Below, piece by piece: positions 11,243-23,529 of a DNA stretch of 64,000 nt (positions are counted from its first letter, which is position 1; each line of letters begins with the position of its first letter). Made by a program: the position numbers and the translations under genes. A model generated the notes under the pieces. The model ran no database searches. It was not told the DNA's origin and worked only from the letters and a program-made list of their open reading frames with translations. Origin of the DNA: Octopus bimaculoides (taxonomy: Eukaryota); assembly GCF_001194135.2 (NCBI RefSeq), contig NC_068988.1, positions 71,029,513 through 71,093,512 of the forward strand, read 5' to 3'.

Positions 11243-11344
11243 ATGTGGTACGAAATTATTCCTAGTTTTGGAATTGTTGTTGGTCTTCTGGCCATACCAA
11301 ATTTAGGAAATTGTGTTCTAAACTGGGCATTCAGAAACAGAAAG
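11243..11344 (+). CDS. NDUFA1: NDUFA1 (complex I MWFE subunit) coding exon 1: MWYEIIPSFGIVVGLLAIPNLGNCVLNWAFRNRK
   Basis: MW[FY]EI.P N-terminus plus TM helix typical of MWFE; acceptor at 11214, phase-0 donor AAG|GTAATG. Confidence 0.95.
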
Positions 11345-11859
11345 GTAATGCACAGAGATTAATTTCATTGTTTTTGTTTTTTCATTATCACTTTATTACG
11401 TTATATTCAACATCTGCAGTTATTGAGTTCTTTACTAAATTTGTGTCTCATCACAGCTACCATCTACATTTTGTCACATATAGAAGGACAGAGGCAGCAT
11501 AAATGCTGATCAAATATACATTATTATGTGATGAGGCTGGTCCATCCATAACAAGCCAACAGTTGGTTAAAAATAGACATTTTTGGCAGTATGAGTATAT
11601 TCAATGATTCAAAGCATCACCCTTTGTAAAATTCTATATTCTTAGCAATTTCCTGGAAAGCCCTGTCTTTCATATACCTAAAATTGAATGAATGCTATAT
11701 GATGTATCAAATCTTGAAAAGATATAATAATGTTTGAACTATATTCCAGTTTGGCATGGTCACTGGAATATTAGATCACTGTTAACTGCAAGGTTTAGCT
11801 GAGACTTTTTCTGTGGTGCTCAATCTGCAAATAGAAGCTAAATTTTACTCATATATATA

Positions 11860-12146
11860 TATGAGGTCATTTCCGGTGCCGCTGGACTGGCTCCCATGCA
11901 GGTGGCACATAAAAAACACCTTTTTGAGCGTGCCTGTTGCCAGTACTGTGTGACTGGCCCTCGTGCCAGTGGCACATACAAGCACCCACTACACTCTTGG
12001 AGTGGTTTGCATTAGGAAGGGCATCCAGCTGTAGAAACTCTGCCAGATCAGATTGGAGCCTGGTGCAGCCTTCTGGCTTGCCAGTCCTCAGTCAAATCGT
12101 CCAACACATGCTAGCATGGAAAGCGGACGTTAAACGATGATGATGA
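11860..12146 (+). mobile_element. RTE-tail repeat (family D)
   Basis: GGAAGGGCATCCAGCTGTAGAAAC...GCGGACGTTAAACGATGATGATGA. Confidence 0.85.
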
Positions 12147-12977
12147 TATATATATATTTATATATACCAAAAGGATGTGTTATAACACTATTCCACATAT
12201 ATACAAACAGCTATACCAACAATCCAGCATACCTCCATCATCAGCTGCCCTATGGATATCCTTATGGTTCCAATGCCTAGGCAGTATCATTCAATCCAGC
12301 AGTGTCAACAGCACTAAAAGAAGTGCAGTTCGGGAACAAACATACCAAAAAACAAAACACACAACTTTCAAACACATTTACCCTATGTACAACAGTATTC
12401 AATCAAATATAGGCAGGATTAAACTACAACACGAAACACATAAATCTGTGTACATCTGTATCAGTATTAATAGTAAACCTACAATAACTAAATTATATAC
12501 TAAATAGCAAGCAATCTTTAAGTCCATACAAATAATAATGCCAACCAATCCGAGAGTGTAGTGGGTGCTTTTTATGTGTCACCGGGACTGGAGCCAGTCA
12601 GGTGGCATTGACATTGACCACGCTTGAATGGTTACTACTATAATAGCAGAACGTGAAAACTTTATTTCAATTCTCTCAAAAACAAAAACACTATTGAATT
12701 TAATGAATAATACAATAATTATGAGTGCAATACATTATTTCATAATTCAAAAGTTAATAATAAAAACACTACATACTCTTAATATACCCTTACAAGCTAT
12801 AATATACACTTTCAAGCTTAATATACCCTTACAAGCTTAATATACCCTTACAAGCTCTACTGTAAACTTAACAGTAACTTGTAAAAACTATAAATTCATA
12901 AATGGTAACTAATAAAAGTATACTTGTAATTAACTATTATTATAAAACTTTGCTATGATTAAAGCTAAATTAAAACT

Positions 12978-13998
12978 CATCATCATCATCGTTTAACGTC
13001 GGTTTTGCATGCTAGCATGGGTTGGATGGTTTGACCGAGGTCTGGGAAGTCAGGCGGCTGCACCAGGCTCCATTCTGATCTGGCAATGTTTCTACAGCTG
13101 GATGCCCTTCCTAACGCCAACCACTCCGTGAGTGTAGTGGGTGCTTTTTACGTGCCACCGGCACAGGCGCCAGAGGGAGCTGCCAATGGCCACGATCGGT
13201 TCATGCTTTTTACATGCCACCAGCACGGGTATCACAACTACAATTTTCATTTGACTTTTATTTTGATGTTGATGTACTTGACTCAGTAGGTCTCCTCAAG
13301 CACAGCAGGTCGCCCTATGATCCAAGGTAAGCACAACAGGTCATCCTACGATCCAAGGTACTTTTGAATGGGCTGGGGCTGGTTATGTGAAACTGGTGTA
13401 GGATATAGCTGTGAACTCACTTTATTTGCCGGGTCTTCACAGTCACAGCATGTCTCCAGAGGTCTCGGTCTTTCATCATTGCCTCTGTGAGGCCCAATGT
13501 TCGAAGGTCATGCTTGACCACCTCATCCCATGTCTTCCTTTGTCTACCTCTACCCTGGATTCCTTCAACACTTTGGGAGTGCCACTTTTTCACACATTTC
13601 TAGTACATGACCATACTAGTGGAAACGTCTCTCTTGCACACCACATCCAATGCTTCTTATATCCAACATTTCTCTCAGAGTGCTTACACTCTGCCGTGTG
13701 TGCACACTAATATTACACATCCAGCAGATCATGCTGGCTTCATTCCTATCGAGCCTATGCATATCCTCTGCAGTCACGGACCATGTTTCACTGCCGTGAA
13801 GCATTGCAGTTCGCACACATGCATCATACAATCTACCTTTCACACTGAGTGAGAGGCCCTTTGTCACCAGTAGGGGTAGAAGCTTTATAAACTTTTCCCA
13901 GGCTATTCTTATCCTAGTAGTAACACTCTCTGAGCATCCACCCCCCTCTACTAACTTGGTCACCTAGGTAGCGGAAGCTATCAACTACTTCTAGTTTC
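12978..13998 (-). mobile_element. 5'-truncated RTE-clade LINE with family D 3' tail
   Basis: ORF 13616-13963 (RIRIAWEKF..LSVKGRLYDACVRTAMLHGSETW) is an RTE RT C-terminus; contiguous with the tail and (CAT)n at 12978. Confidence 0.9.
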
Positions 13999-14289
13999 TC
14001 CCTGTTTAAAAGATAATAAAACTACAAAGTATTAACATTTGCATATTTTTTCAAACCACATGGTTCATCACTTCCAGAACTTAAAAGATTATCTTAACTA
14101 TAGATGATGTAATATGCAATTACTATTTCCTCAATTGTCTCAAACAATATTAGTGATGCAGTAAGCAAATAACTTGAATTGTAAACATTTGAAATCTTTA
14201 CAAATATTTGCTAAATTGAAGACTAGCTACTACCCTATATTTATTTAAAATTTCAAATCTCCCACCTAAACAGATATATATATATATAT

Positions 14290-14644
14290 TATGAAGAGCG
14301 TAGCTCGAAACGTTAGAGACTTTCTCTATTCCCGAACGTTAAACTAATACATCCTTTTGTTGTTTACACCACCTGTCCTCGTTTGTTGTTGTTTTTTTTC
14401 GTAAATTCTCCCATATATAATACACGCTAACGTGGTCGCACCAGCTAATCCTGTCTCTACTCATCAAACATGAACTTCTGGAAATTTTTTTTCTCCTGTT
14501 TTTTTTTCTCCTTATTTCTTCCTGTTGAAGAGCGTAGTTCGAAACATTAAAGACTTTCTCTATTCCTGAGCGTTAAACTAATACATCCTTTTGTTATTTA
14601 CACCACCTGTCCTCGTCTGTTGTTGTTTTTTTTCGTAAATTCTC

Positions 14645-14650
<6 letters not shown>
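14290..14650 (+). mobile_element. PLE pLTR-like partial tandem (two ~125-bp direct repeats, period ~234) between (TA)n tracts
   Basis: TGAAGAGCGTAG[C/T]TCGAAAC...AAACTAATACATCC...GTAAATTCTCCCATATA at 14292-14416 and 14526-14650; hammerhead-like variant core. Confidence 0.65.
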
Positions 14651-14696
<46 letters not shown>

Positions 14697-14698
<2 letters not shown>

Positions 14699-15150
14699 TC
14701 ATCATCATTATCCATTAATGTCCGCCTTCCATGCCTGGCATGGGTTGGATAGTTTGACTGACTACTGGTAAGCCAGGAGGCTGCATCAGGTTTCTTACAT
14801 CTGGCAAGGTTTCTTACAGCTGAATGCCCTTCCTAATGCCAACCACTCCAAGAGTAGTGGGTGGTTTTTACATGTCACTGGGACAGGAGCCAGTCAGGTG
14901 TCACTGGCATTAACCACACTTGAATGGTGCTTTTTATGTGCCACCAGCATGGGCCAGTCAGGCGGCACTGGCATTGGTCACACTCAAATGATGCTTTTTA
15001 CATGCCACTGGCATGGGTGCCAGTCAGGCGACACTGGTATCAGTAATGCTCAAATGGAGTTTTTTACATGCCACTGGCACGGGTGTCTATCAGGCGACGC
15101 TGGCATCAGCCATGCTCGAATGGTGCTTTTTACATGCCACCAGTATGGGC
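14697..15150 (-). mobile_element. RTE-tail repeat (family D) with internal ~60-bp tandem units
   Basis: (CAT)n start; about four repeats of ATGG/ATGATGCTTTTTACATGCCAC..GGCA..GCCAGTCAGGCG. Confidence 0.8.
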
Positions 15151-17373
15151 ACTGTTTAAAAAACTGAAAGAATCACAAACTTCTGCAAATTACTCAGTAA
15201 CATAGAATGGAGGTAATTATTTAAACTAATTATGTTTCATTCATCGTAGAATTTGTTGAGTGCTCTCAGATGAATTTGAAAATGAATGAAACATGACTGA
15301 TATCAAGTTATAGATGATTTCCTGTGATATTCTAGAGCAAGGATTCTCATCCACTTTTTATCTGTGATCCCCTTTGATTTACTATTGTTGTGGACCCCGC
15401 TAGCCATTCGATGTTTAGAAACTAGTTTTATAGAAGTTTCTTTCAAAATTCATGTTTGTTTTTCACACATTCACTTGTGTAGGTTGAACTATGTAAAATG
15501 TTATAGAAAGAAACTTGTTTCTTGCAATACATACCAATATATACATTTAAAGCAAAATGTTTTCAGAGGCCCTTAGAATACTATTGTTTATCTCCAATTT
15601 ACTATTTTGTTGCATAGACCTCCAAAAATCTTATATTTAATGTCTAGAGGAATCATTTGCAGGATTTGGGGACAAGAATATATTTGTGTTTGTTCCTGTT
15701 ATTTTTCCCAAGCCTCTAGATGAACTTTACCTTTTTACAACAAGCTAATGAAGTATGCTTATCATACTAATACACCTGCTTGTTGTTCATACACCTGTCT
15801 TTGTCTTTTGTTTTTCTGTAAATTTCAACTATGTTTATCATAGTTGACTTACTTCTACAACGTTAAGCTCCATCTCCTTCATGTTCTAGAAATAGTAAAG
15901 TATCTTCATTATAGATGTTGTACTTATTAATGATAGGACACAAACCAACTCCTCACCAGTAGTTTAAATATTAAATTTTTAAAAGATTTAATTATATTCA
16001 AACCATATTACAGTCTGGGGTGGTCATTCGAATATTGTCTAACAGTTAAATGCAAGATTTATGTGAGAGCTTCTCTGTGGTTGCTTGTTCAGCAGAATGC
16101 TACTAAATCTTATTCAAATACATATTTGAGTGCATGATAGTGTTGACTTGGCACTAAGCACCTTTCCTGTCAGTCATTTTACCATAAAATATAGAGAAGG
16201 ATATATCATTCCATTGGTTTAAATATCACTTGGAAGTTATAATGTTGTTTTTGAAAACTGACATGCTATGAACTTTTTTTCTTTCTAGCTAATTGTCTTA
16301 AATGACTGGACTGATAGATATCCTTCTGTTCTGGTGGTGCCATTGATAGAAAATAAACATTAGTTGTGAGCCCTTGCTACTGCAGTCTCCATTGAGACAA
16401 CCCTGCAATTTACATGTAAATTTGAATTACTATAACTGCCCCATAGATGTCTTGAGAAGAGTGCATAACTTTGGTTTCATGATGTTTAGTGGAAGAGAGA
16501 TAAGCCTTGACCTGAATAGGATACCTATTTGTATTATATAACAGTACCAGATTAGTTACATATTTCCATCACTCAAGTTAAACTGGAATACATTTAGTGT
16601 TATGCCCAGAAACACATGAGTACTACATGTCCTAGTTGGTAAGGTATTGGTGCAAAAAGATATAGAAGAAAAAAAACAATGTATAAGGTTAACACTCAGG
16701 AAATAGGAAAAAGAAAATATCTTTTATTCTTCTTAGAAAAACTGGAGAAGAAAAATAGAAAAAAAAGAGCACATGAATATAACTGTCACAGCATGATACA
16801 TTTGTTGGGCTACTAACTGAGAGACAAACCAGTCAGGAAGCTTTTATGTGATTACTTGATATTCTAAAAATAGCACCCCAGTCACTTTCAGATCATACTC
16901 CCATTCTTAAAAGTAGGCACTGAATAATGTAATCCCTGATACATTTTTGCCTGGAAAAAAATGAGAAGGTCTTGGCTAGAATGTCAAGTCCATCTCCTTT
17001 CTTGATTAAAGATCTGGATCAGTATTGACTTGGGAAGTAAACCACAGAAACCAGCTGAGAGATCAGTAATTTCTATCTTGTAATGTGCTCAGGACTTTTA
17101 ATACATTGTGGTTTGTGATAGGAAGAGACATCCAGCCATAGGAACCATGCCAGAAATGAACCATCTATTTGAGGTGTAGTCCTCTGACATAAGAGGGTAA
17201 TAACTCTAAATAAGAACTGATTTACACTGTGATGATGTTTTTCAGCTTTACCAGCATGCAAAGGGGAGATATAATCATGAAGGTGGCTTCAAAGATTATT
17301 AGTTTTGCATTGTAACTTAGGTGAGTTACATCTCTTGATGATTTCATTCTTGTCATATTTTATATATTTGTAG

Positions 17374-17463
17374 GTTCACTGTCGAGACTGGGATGCATCA
17401 CAATTAGACTATATGTTCTACTTAAGGGACAGAACAATTACTGGCAGTGAATATAAGCCCAGG
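17374..17463 (+). CDS. NDUFA1: NDUFA1 coding exon 2: VHCRDWDASQLDYMFYLRDRTITGSEYKPR
   Basis: Acceptor TATTTGTAG|, donor AGG|GTAAAT, 90 nt phase 0-0; RDR.I.G motif matches MWFE ERDRRISG. Confidence 0.93.
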
Positions 17464-17613
17464 GTAAATAATATTATTTATATTCTTAGCTGTTTTGCTA
17501 ATAGTTAACAAGATGTTCAAGAAGATTGTGTTCTATAACTCCTATAAGATACGTGTTGTGAAATAAATCAATAAAGTTAAAAATGTAATTATATAATGCT
17601 TTAAGCATATAAA

Positions 17614-18149
17614 TATCAGGCTGAGTAAAAAGTAGGCAACGTTTTGAAACATAAAATTCATCACAATATATTTCAACAATGCAGAAATTTTATTCATCTA
17701 ATTAAGTACCATTACAATCAACACATTTTTGCCAACAAGTTACAAGTTTATTAATTCCAGTAACCTAAAAATCTGAAGTTCTGGAGCTGGTAAACTTTTT
17801 CAATGCACTTTCAGCATTTGATTTTTGTACTCCTTCTCTAGCAGGAAACCATCAAGGTGCTTGAAAAGGTGGTAGTCAGTAGGAGAAAGGTCTGGGGAAT
17901 AAGCTGGGTGGGGAAGAACTTCATAGCCAAGTTCCCTCAACTTCTGGAGCATCATTAGTGAAACATGTGGTTGAGCATTGTCATGAAAAATGATTAGCCC
18001 TCTTCTGTTGACCAGTCTGAGATCGAAGAGTGGCAGTTTTTCATTCATTTTAGCAATTTCATGGCAATGTTTCTTCAGTAATGGTTTTTCTGGGTTTTAA
18101 AAAGTTATAGGGAATGAGTACAGCAGTACACCTCCAAACAGTCACCATA

Positions 18150-18181
<32 letters not shown>

Positions 18182-18415
18182 CGCAAGTGCTCAGGTTTAG
18201 GGAAGGTTTTCGGTGCTTCATTTTGGTCCAACCAGTGCAAAGAACATTTTTTATTATCGTACAGAATTCACTTTTCAACACAAGTTACAATATGGTCGAG
18301 AAATGGATCAGTCTGGTTATGGAGAAGAAGCGAAGAGCAAATTTCATATCTACACATTTTCTGATTTTCATTCAAATCATGTGATACTCATTTGTCGAGC
18401 TTGTGACTGATGGAG
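17614..18415 (-). mobile_element. Decayed mariner (DD34D-type) transposon in NDUFA1 last intron
   Basis: IIFHDNAQPH and HPAYSPDLSPTDYHLF motifs (ORF 17800-18048); TA plus TCAGGCTGAGTAAAAAGT terminal repeat at 17614; other end not found. Confidence 0.88.
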
Positions 18416-18582
18416 TGTCAATGGTTAAGCGCATGAACTATTAAAAAGCTAACTGAAAATAGATATTTAGCAAGAAAAAGCAATATCAAATTATTAGATA
18501 TATGACTTAACTTTCCCATTGTTTTATTTTGTTTTGTAATTTGCCATGTTTTAAAATCGTCTTTTCTTTCTTCCTTTTTCAG

Positions 18583-18639
18583 GGTCTGGAAAGTATTCCC
18601 AAGATTGAAGAATGTCATGCTACTTCAGAAGAATCTTAG
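18583..18639 (+). CDS. NDUFA1: NDUFA1 terminal coding exon: GLESIPKIEECHATSEES*
   Basis: Strong acceptor TTCTTCCTTTTTCAG|; GLE.I matches MWFE GLENI; TAG at 18637-18639; total 82 aa. Confidence 0.92.
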   Translation, partial: GLESIPKIEECHATSEES

Positions 18640-19132
18640 TTACACTTCACTAAATGTAATAGAATTTTGCATTAATGGAGTAAATATTTATATTCACATA
18701 CATTGTTCATTGTCATTATTGTTCAGAATTATCGTGTATCTTACTCACAAGAAATAATTATTGTTCAAAATTAATTTCATTGTCGTTAATGTGATTGGGC
18801 ACTTTCCAAATCTTGCTTTGCAGAAATTATTTTTAAAGCTGGATACGTCCATGTGAAGAGGCTGGTTTGTCAGTCAATGATGCTTAAGCTGAGTTATCTA
18901 CCTTGTTTCATGTCAGTACAATACACCAACACGAAATCCCTTACTTAGTGACTCTCTGTGCAAAAATAGCTTTAAAATTCCCTAACATCGATTTGAAAAA
19001 AACAAAAGGGAAGACTAATTTTCATAATGTAGTCTTTAATACTCTGTACTTGCGAAAAAAAAATGAAATGGTAATCTTTGATCATCAGCTTGTTTGATCT
19101 GAGCAGATCTAAGGCTAAACAATAACAGTGGG

Positions 19133-19138
19133 AATAAA
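19133..19138 (+). terminator. Candidate poly(A) signal for NDUFA1
   Basis: First AATAAA I find downstream of the stop codon; not verified. Confidence 0.3.
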
Positions 19139-19639
19139 ATATTTTGATATGTTGTAGGTGGAATTGTCCAGTGATTTAATTTCACAGATATAATACCTCA
19201 TAAAACTAAGCTACTACCACCACCACCACCACCACCACCACCACAAACATCACCTTCACTATTTCTTTTATCGATATAGCTTCACAGGTTTCTCTTTGTT
19301 CTTCATGCTTGAGTTCAGCAACCTGATATTAAAATGACAGTCATGTCTTTGTCTATTCCATTTCATCTTGTAACAAAGCTTAATTATCTATGCTGAAAGC
19401 ATTGAGATAACTGTTGGCATTTATCCATTTTTATTTTCTTTTTGTACATAAAATGAGGTGCTTTAGACCTGGAAGATGAGCATAGTTTTTTGTTCAGTTA
19501 TCCTCACACAAGTGGATCTCCTCTCTAATAAGACAACTATCCCTGTCTATCTTCATATTTCAACCTCTCTTGGCAGCTTATCTCAGTTTCACTTCTTCTC
19601 TCAACTGAAAGGTTCTTGCAAGCTACTTGGCAACCCTAT

Positions 19640-19955
19640 AGGTGCTGGGGCCATATAAGAAGCTTCCATGATGGTGCCATGTAAAAGGGACCCATGCTGG
19701 TACCACATAAGAAGCACTTGTGCTGGTATTACATACAAAGGAGTCATGCTGGTGCCACATAAACATCCATGCTGGTACCACTTCAAAAACACCCAGTACA
19801 CCCTGAAAAGTGGGTGATATTAAGAAGGGCATCCAGTAATAAAAACCATGCCAAAACAGACCGTTGAAGCCTAGTGCAGCTCTACAGCTTCCCAGCACCT
19901 GTCAAAACATCCAACTCAAGTCAGCATGGAATGCAGACATCAGATGATGATGATG
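19640..19955 (+). mobile_element. RTE-tail repeat (family D), decayed, with tandem units
   Basis: Repeated CATGCTGGTGCCACAT units, AAGAAGGGCATCCAG, (GAT)n tail. Confidence 0.75.
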
Positions 19956-20189
19956 AAGTGAATAAATTTATTCGTTTACTTGTTTTAGTCATTTGACTTT
20001 GGCCATGCTGGAGCACTGCCTTAACGGGTTTTAGTCAAAGAATTCGACCCCAGGTCTTATTCTTTGTAAGCCTAGTACTTATTTTATGGGTGTCTTTTAC
20101 CAAACCACTAAATTACAGGGACATAAACATACCAGCATTGGTTGTCAAACGATGGTGGGTGAACAAACACAGACACACACACATAAATA

Positions 20190-20229
<40 letters not shown>

Positions 20230-20231
<2 letters not shown>

Positions 20232-20503
20232 GGAGTAAGCACATGAAATGTGCAACAAGGTGGAAAAAAGAGTACTCAAATACCAGAGGTAGAGTAATAT
20301 GCTTTATTTAAAAGCAGCAGAAATATAACAAAAGACTGTTACTCTGAGTTTCACGTTCCCGTTCATCAGACAGTTTTGTTAGAAATGGAAAAGGAATAAC
20401 AATGCAATCAAAAGTGATATAAAATTTAAAACACATGGATTCATTTGATTGGTCGTTTCAAATAACGGTCATGGATGCGTAATGAACAAAACAAATGAAT
20501 TTA
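20230..20503 (-). mobile_element. PLE pLTR-like fragment inserted in (TA)n
   Basis: Flanked by (TA)n on both sides, carries an intact hammerhead; related decayed copies at ~48485-48625 and ~51025-51070. Confidence 0.7.
20335..20374 (-). ncRNA. Intact minimal type I hammerhead ribozyme
   Basis: - strand: ACTGT-CTGATGA-ACG GGAA CGT-GAAAC-TCAGA-GTA-ACAGT; 5-bp helix I, 3-bp helix II with tetraloop, helix III ACTC-A-GAGT, GUA cleavage triplet. Confidence 0.88.
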
Positions 20504-21190
20504 ATATATACGTATATATATATATATATGATGGGCTTCTCTTAGTTTCTATCTACCAAATCTACTTAAGACTTTGGTTGTGCCAAGGCTATAGTAGAAA
20601 ACACTCACCCAAGGTTCCACGCAGTGGGGCTGTATCTGGAACCATGTGGTTGGGATGCAAGCTTCTTACCACACAGCCATGCCTGCACCTTAAGGATATG
20701 AAGTATTTCTACACTTTATATTTTGTGTTTGAATTACATCAAGGTCAACATCGCAATCCTGTGCATAAGAAGCCATAATTTTGAGTTAACTGTTTTATAT
20801 CCTCAGTGTTTATTGGTCAAGATCAGTACACTAAGAATCACTAGAGACAAATTTGGAGGGAAATCAGAAAGAATATTTCAGAGAAGTTGAGAATTTGTAT
20901 AAGACATAAGAGTCATGCTTCGTGCTATGTCAGTGGGTTTTTTTTTTCTTTCCAAATTGGTGTTTATAATACTAGATGTCACTTCACAGTAAAAATCTTA
21001 GTATTTAAATTTATTTTTTCATGTGTGCTTCTAGTAAGTGGTATGGAGTGCCCAAGACTCATTTAGACCTCCGAAAGGGAGGTAGAAGGTATCCTCAAAC
21101 TGGAGTTTGAATGCTTGCAACAGAGTGGACCCCCACTAAAAGTATACATGGAAGGTTTAAACTGGGCAACAAATTAAGTCTACAAACTCC

Positions 21191-21512
21191 AGGCGTGACT
21201 ATGTGGTAAGAAGCTTGCTTCTCAAACACAATCGTTCCAGGTTCAGTCCCACGGCATGGCACCTTGGGCAAGTGTTTTCTACTATAGCCTTAGCGGACTT
21301 GGTAGATGGAAAAAGAAAGAAGCCCATTGCATACATGTATGTGTGTTATTGTGTTTGTGTTTGTCCTCCACCACTGCTTGCCAGCTGGTGTTGGGGTGTT
21401 TATGTCCTTGTAACATAAAGGTTCAGAAAAAGTCCTGGGGTCAATTTGACTAAAACCCTTCAGGGCAGTGCCCCAGCATGGCCACATTCAAATGACTGAA
21501 ACAAGTAAGAAA
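21191..21512 (+). mobile_element. SINE family A (CpG-decayed, internal deletion)
   Basis: Head, body and tail match other copies. Confidence 0.85.
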
Positions 21513-22311
21513 AATGGTAGATTACTCTGAGATTTGGACTCTGAACATAAAGAACTAAAATAACTACTTCAAGACATTCTATCTAACACTAACAATTCCA
21601 GCTGTCCACTATCCTTAGACTGGTACTTTATTGAAGGATGAAAGGCAAATTTTCCTATGGTGGGATTCCAAGAACTCGAAGAAATAGTGGGACATATCAC
21701 CTGATGCTGTAATGACCCAGCCAATTTGTCACTATTCATTAATAAAATAAATAGTTGAAACTTCAGTGATGTGACAGGAAGTCGTTTTTTTAAAGAAGTG
21801 TTGGTGAAATGGATTTCCAGTCCAAATTCATTCTTAATTGAAAACTACAACTTGTGTACCTTAAGGATATTTTGTACCAACTTGCAAGACGTGTTTTAGT
21901 AGGGGTCCCACCTAGCCTGCATGGAAATTATGGACAAGGAAAGAACTAGAGCTGGGATGGGACTGATCCAGATACAATAGGGTGAACTCGATTAAAAGTA
22001 CACAAAGGTCAAGAGCTGGTGTTGAAAGAGATGTTGTGCTGGGTTTATCACATGATTTGCAGCATAAATAAATACCCATACATCTTTTGCTGGAGCGTCA
22101 AATGCCAATGAAGCAGGTTCTCATTTTCTAAGATTGTAATCTTTGCTCTGAAGCCCCTAAATTGATTCAAGGTCAGACATTTCTTGAGGAGAAATATATT
22201 TTGATAGCAAGGTGCATATGACTGGTGTCTAATTACCTTAGAAAAATGAAAGGTGATGCAACATAAGCAGAGATTTCTTCTTAATGGAATGTGTTTAGTT
22301 CTGCTTGTGTG

Positions 22312-22713
22312 GAGGCGCAATGGCCCAGTGGTTAGGGCAGCTGACTCGCAGTCATAGGATCGCGGTTTCAATTCCCAGACCGGGTGTTGTGAGTGTTTAT
22401 TGAGTGAAAAACACCTAAAGCTCCACGAGGCTCCGGCAGGGGATGGTGGCGAACCCTGCTGTACTCTCACCACAACTTTCTCTCACTCTTACTTCCTGTT
22501 TCTGTTGTGCCTGTAATTCAAAGGGTCAGCCTTGTCACACTGAATATCCCCGAGAACTATGTTAAGGGTACACGTGTCTGTGGANNNNNNNNNNNNNNNN
22601 NNNNNNNNNNNNNNNNNNNNNNNNNNNNNNNNNNNNNNNNNNNNNNNNNNNNNNNNNNNNNNNNNNNNNNNNNNNNNNNNNNNNNNNNNNNGCAACGGAG
22701 TGTCAACAACAAC
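22312..22713 (+). mobile_element. tRNA-derived SINE, family C (gap inside)
   Basis: GAGGCGCAATGGCCCAGTGGTTAGGGCAGC..GCGGTTTCAATTCCC head; (AAC)n tail; same head at 33960. Confidence 0.85.
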
Positions 22714-23529
22714 AGTTCTGCTTGTACCTTTGTATTAATGATTTCTTACTCTTTGTCAAAGCCATCTTATTTCTGTTTGAAATTGTTTATTCTAAAATGA
22801 CTGGCAATGTGTTTTGATATCAAAATGTATGTTGTTTACTCATCACATTTCACCATATGATAGGTCCTTTGAATAATGTTACTTTTTTTCTTACTTGATT
22901 TTGTTTTCTTTTAAACAATTTCCAAATTTATTGAAATAAATAAGTGAAATAAGAAAAAGAAAGAAAAAAAATCTATCACTACAAATTAGTATAATTACCA
23001 TTTAATTCTACAACTCTCATTGACTCTGTCACTTGACACCATCACAAGCTATATTGCTTGTATGTTTGTATCTGTGTGAAACTCCATCATCACATCATCT
23101 TTACTGCATTTTTTTTCCATTTTGCCTTTCTTTGGAATTACATTTGAAATATATTTTCCCTCACCATTCCTGCACCAGGGCTAAAACCTATGTTCACTAA
23201 CAGCATACTGTATTAAACCTGAACAAACAGGGTTTACTTAACAAGATACACCTTGATGAGACATTTCTGCACCGATGTTGTACAGTATCCCACCCACAAG
23301 GGATCAATGCCAGATGGGTTGAAATGACTGTTGTGAGCAATGAAGTTTCTCATATGTTCTATTTTCCATCTCTATCACTTGTTATATACTTGATGAAAAC
23401 TGATGAATTCCCATGGTAGATCCAATGACAGTTGTAAAACGACCATGGAGGATGTCAAGTAGCAATAGGCAGTGAACATGCTTCACTGGCTAACTACTAG
23501 GTACATACTCAATACTTAAACAATTATAT

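Larger units (their letters stand above)
19975..20689 (-). mobile_element. SINE family A (CpG-decayed), split at its internal (TA)n by a PLE fragment
   Basis: 3' half 19975-20190, 5' half 20530-20689. Confidence 0.88.

Noticed and set aside
14880-15150. CRISPR-like array of ~60-bp units
   Set aside because: Degenerate tandem units without unique spacers, inside a LINE tail, in animal DNA
22048-22300. - strand ORF tail VIRHQSYAPCYQ.. as an exon of a convergent gene
   Set aside because: Ambiguous splice signals and no recognisable homology
22312-22385. tRNA gene (also 33960 and the SINE A/B/E heads)
   Set aside because: tRNA-like A/B boxes continue into SINE bodies; no complete cloverleaf
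23050-23500. Possible LINE RT or host exon remnants
   Set aside because: Motif-like pieces occur in the wrong order and all frames are closed
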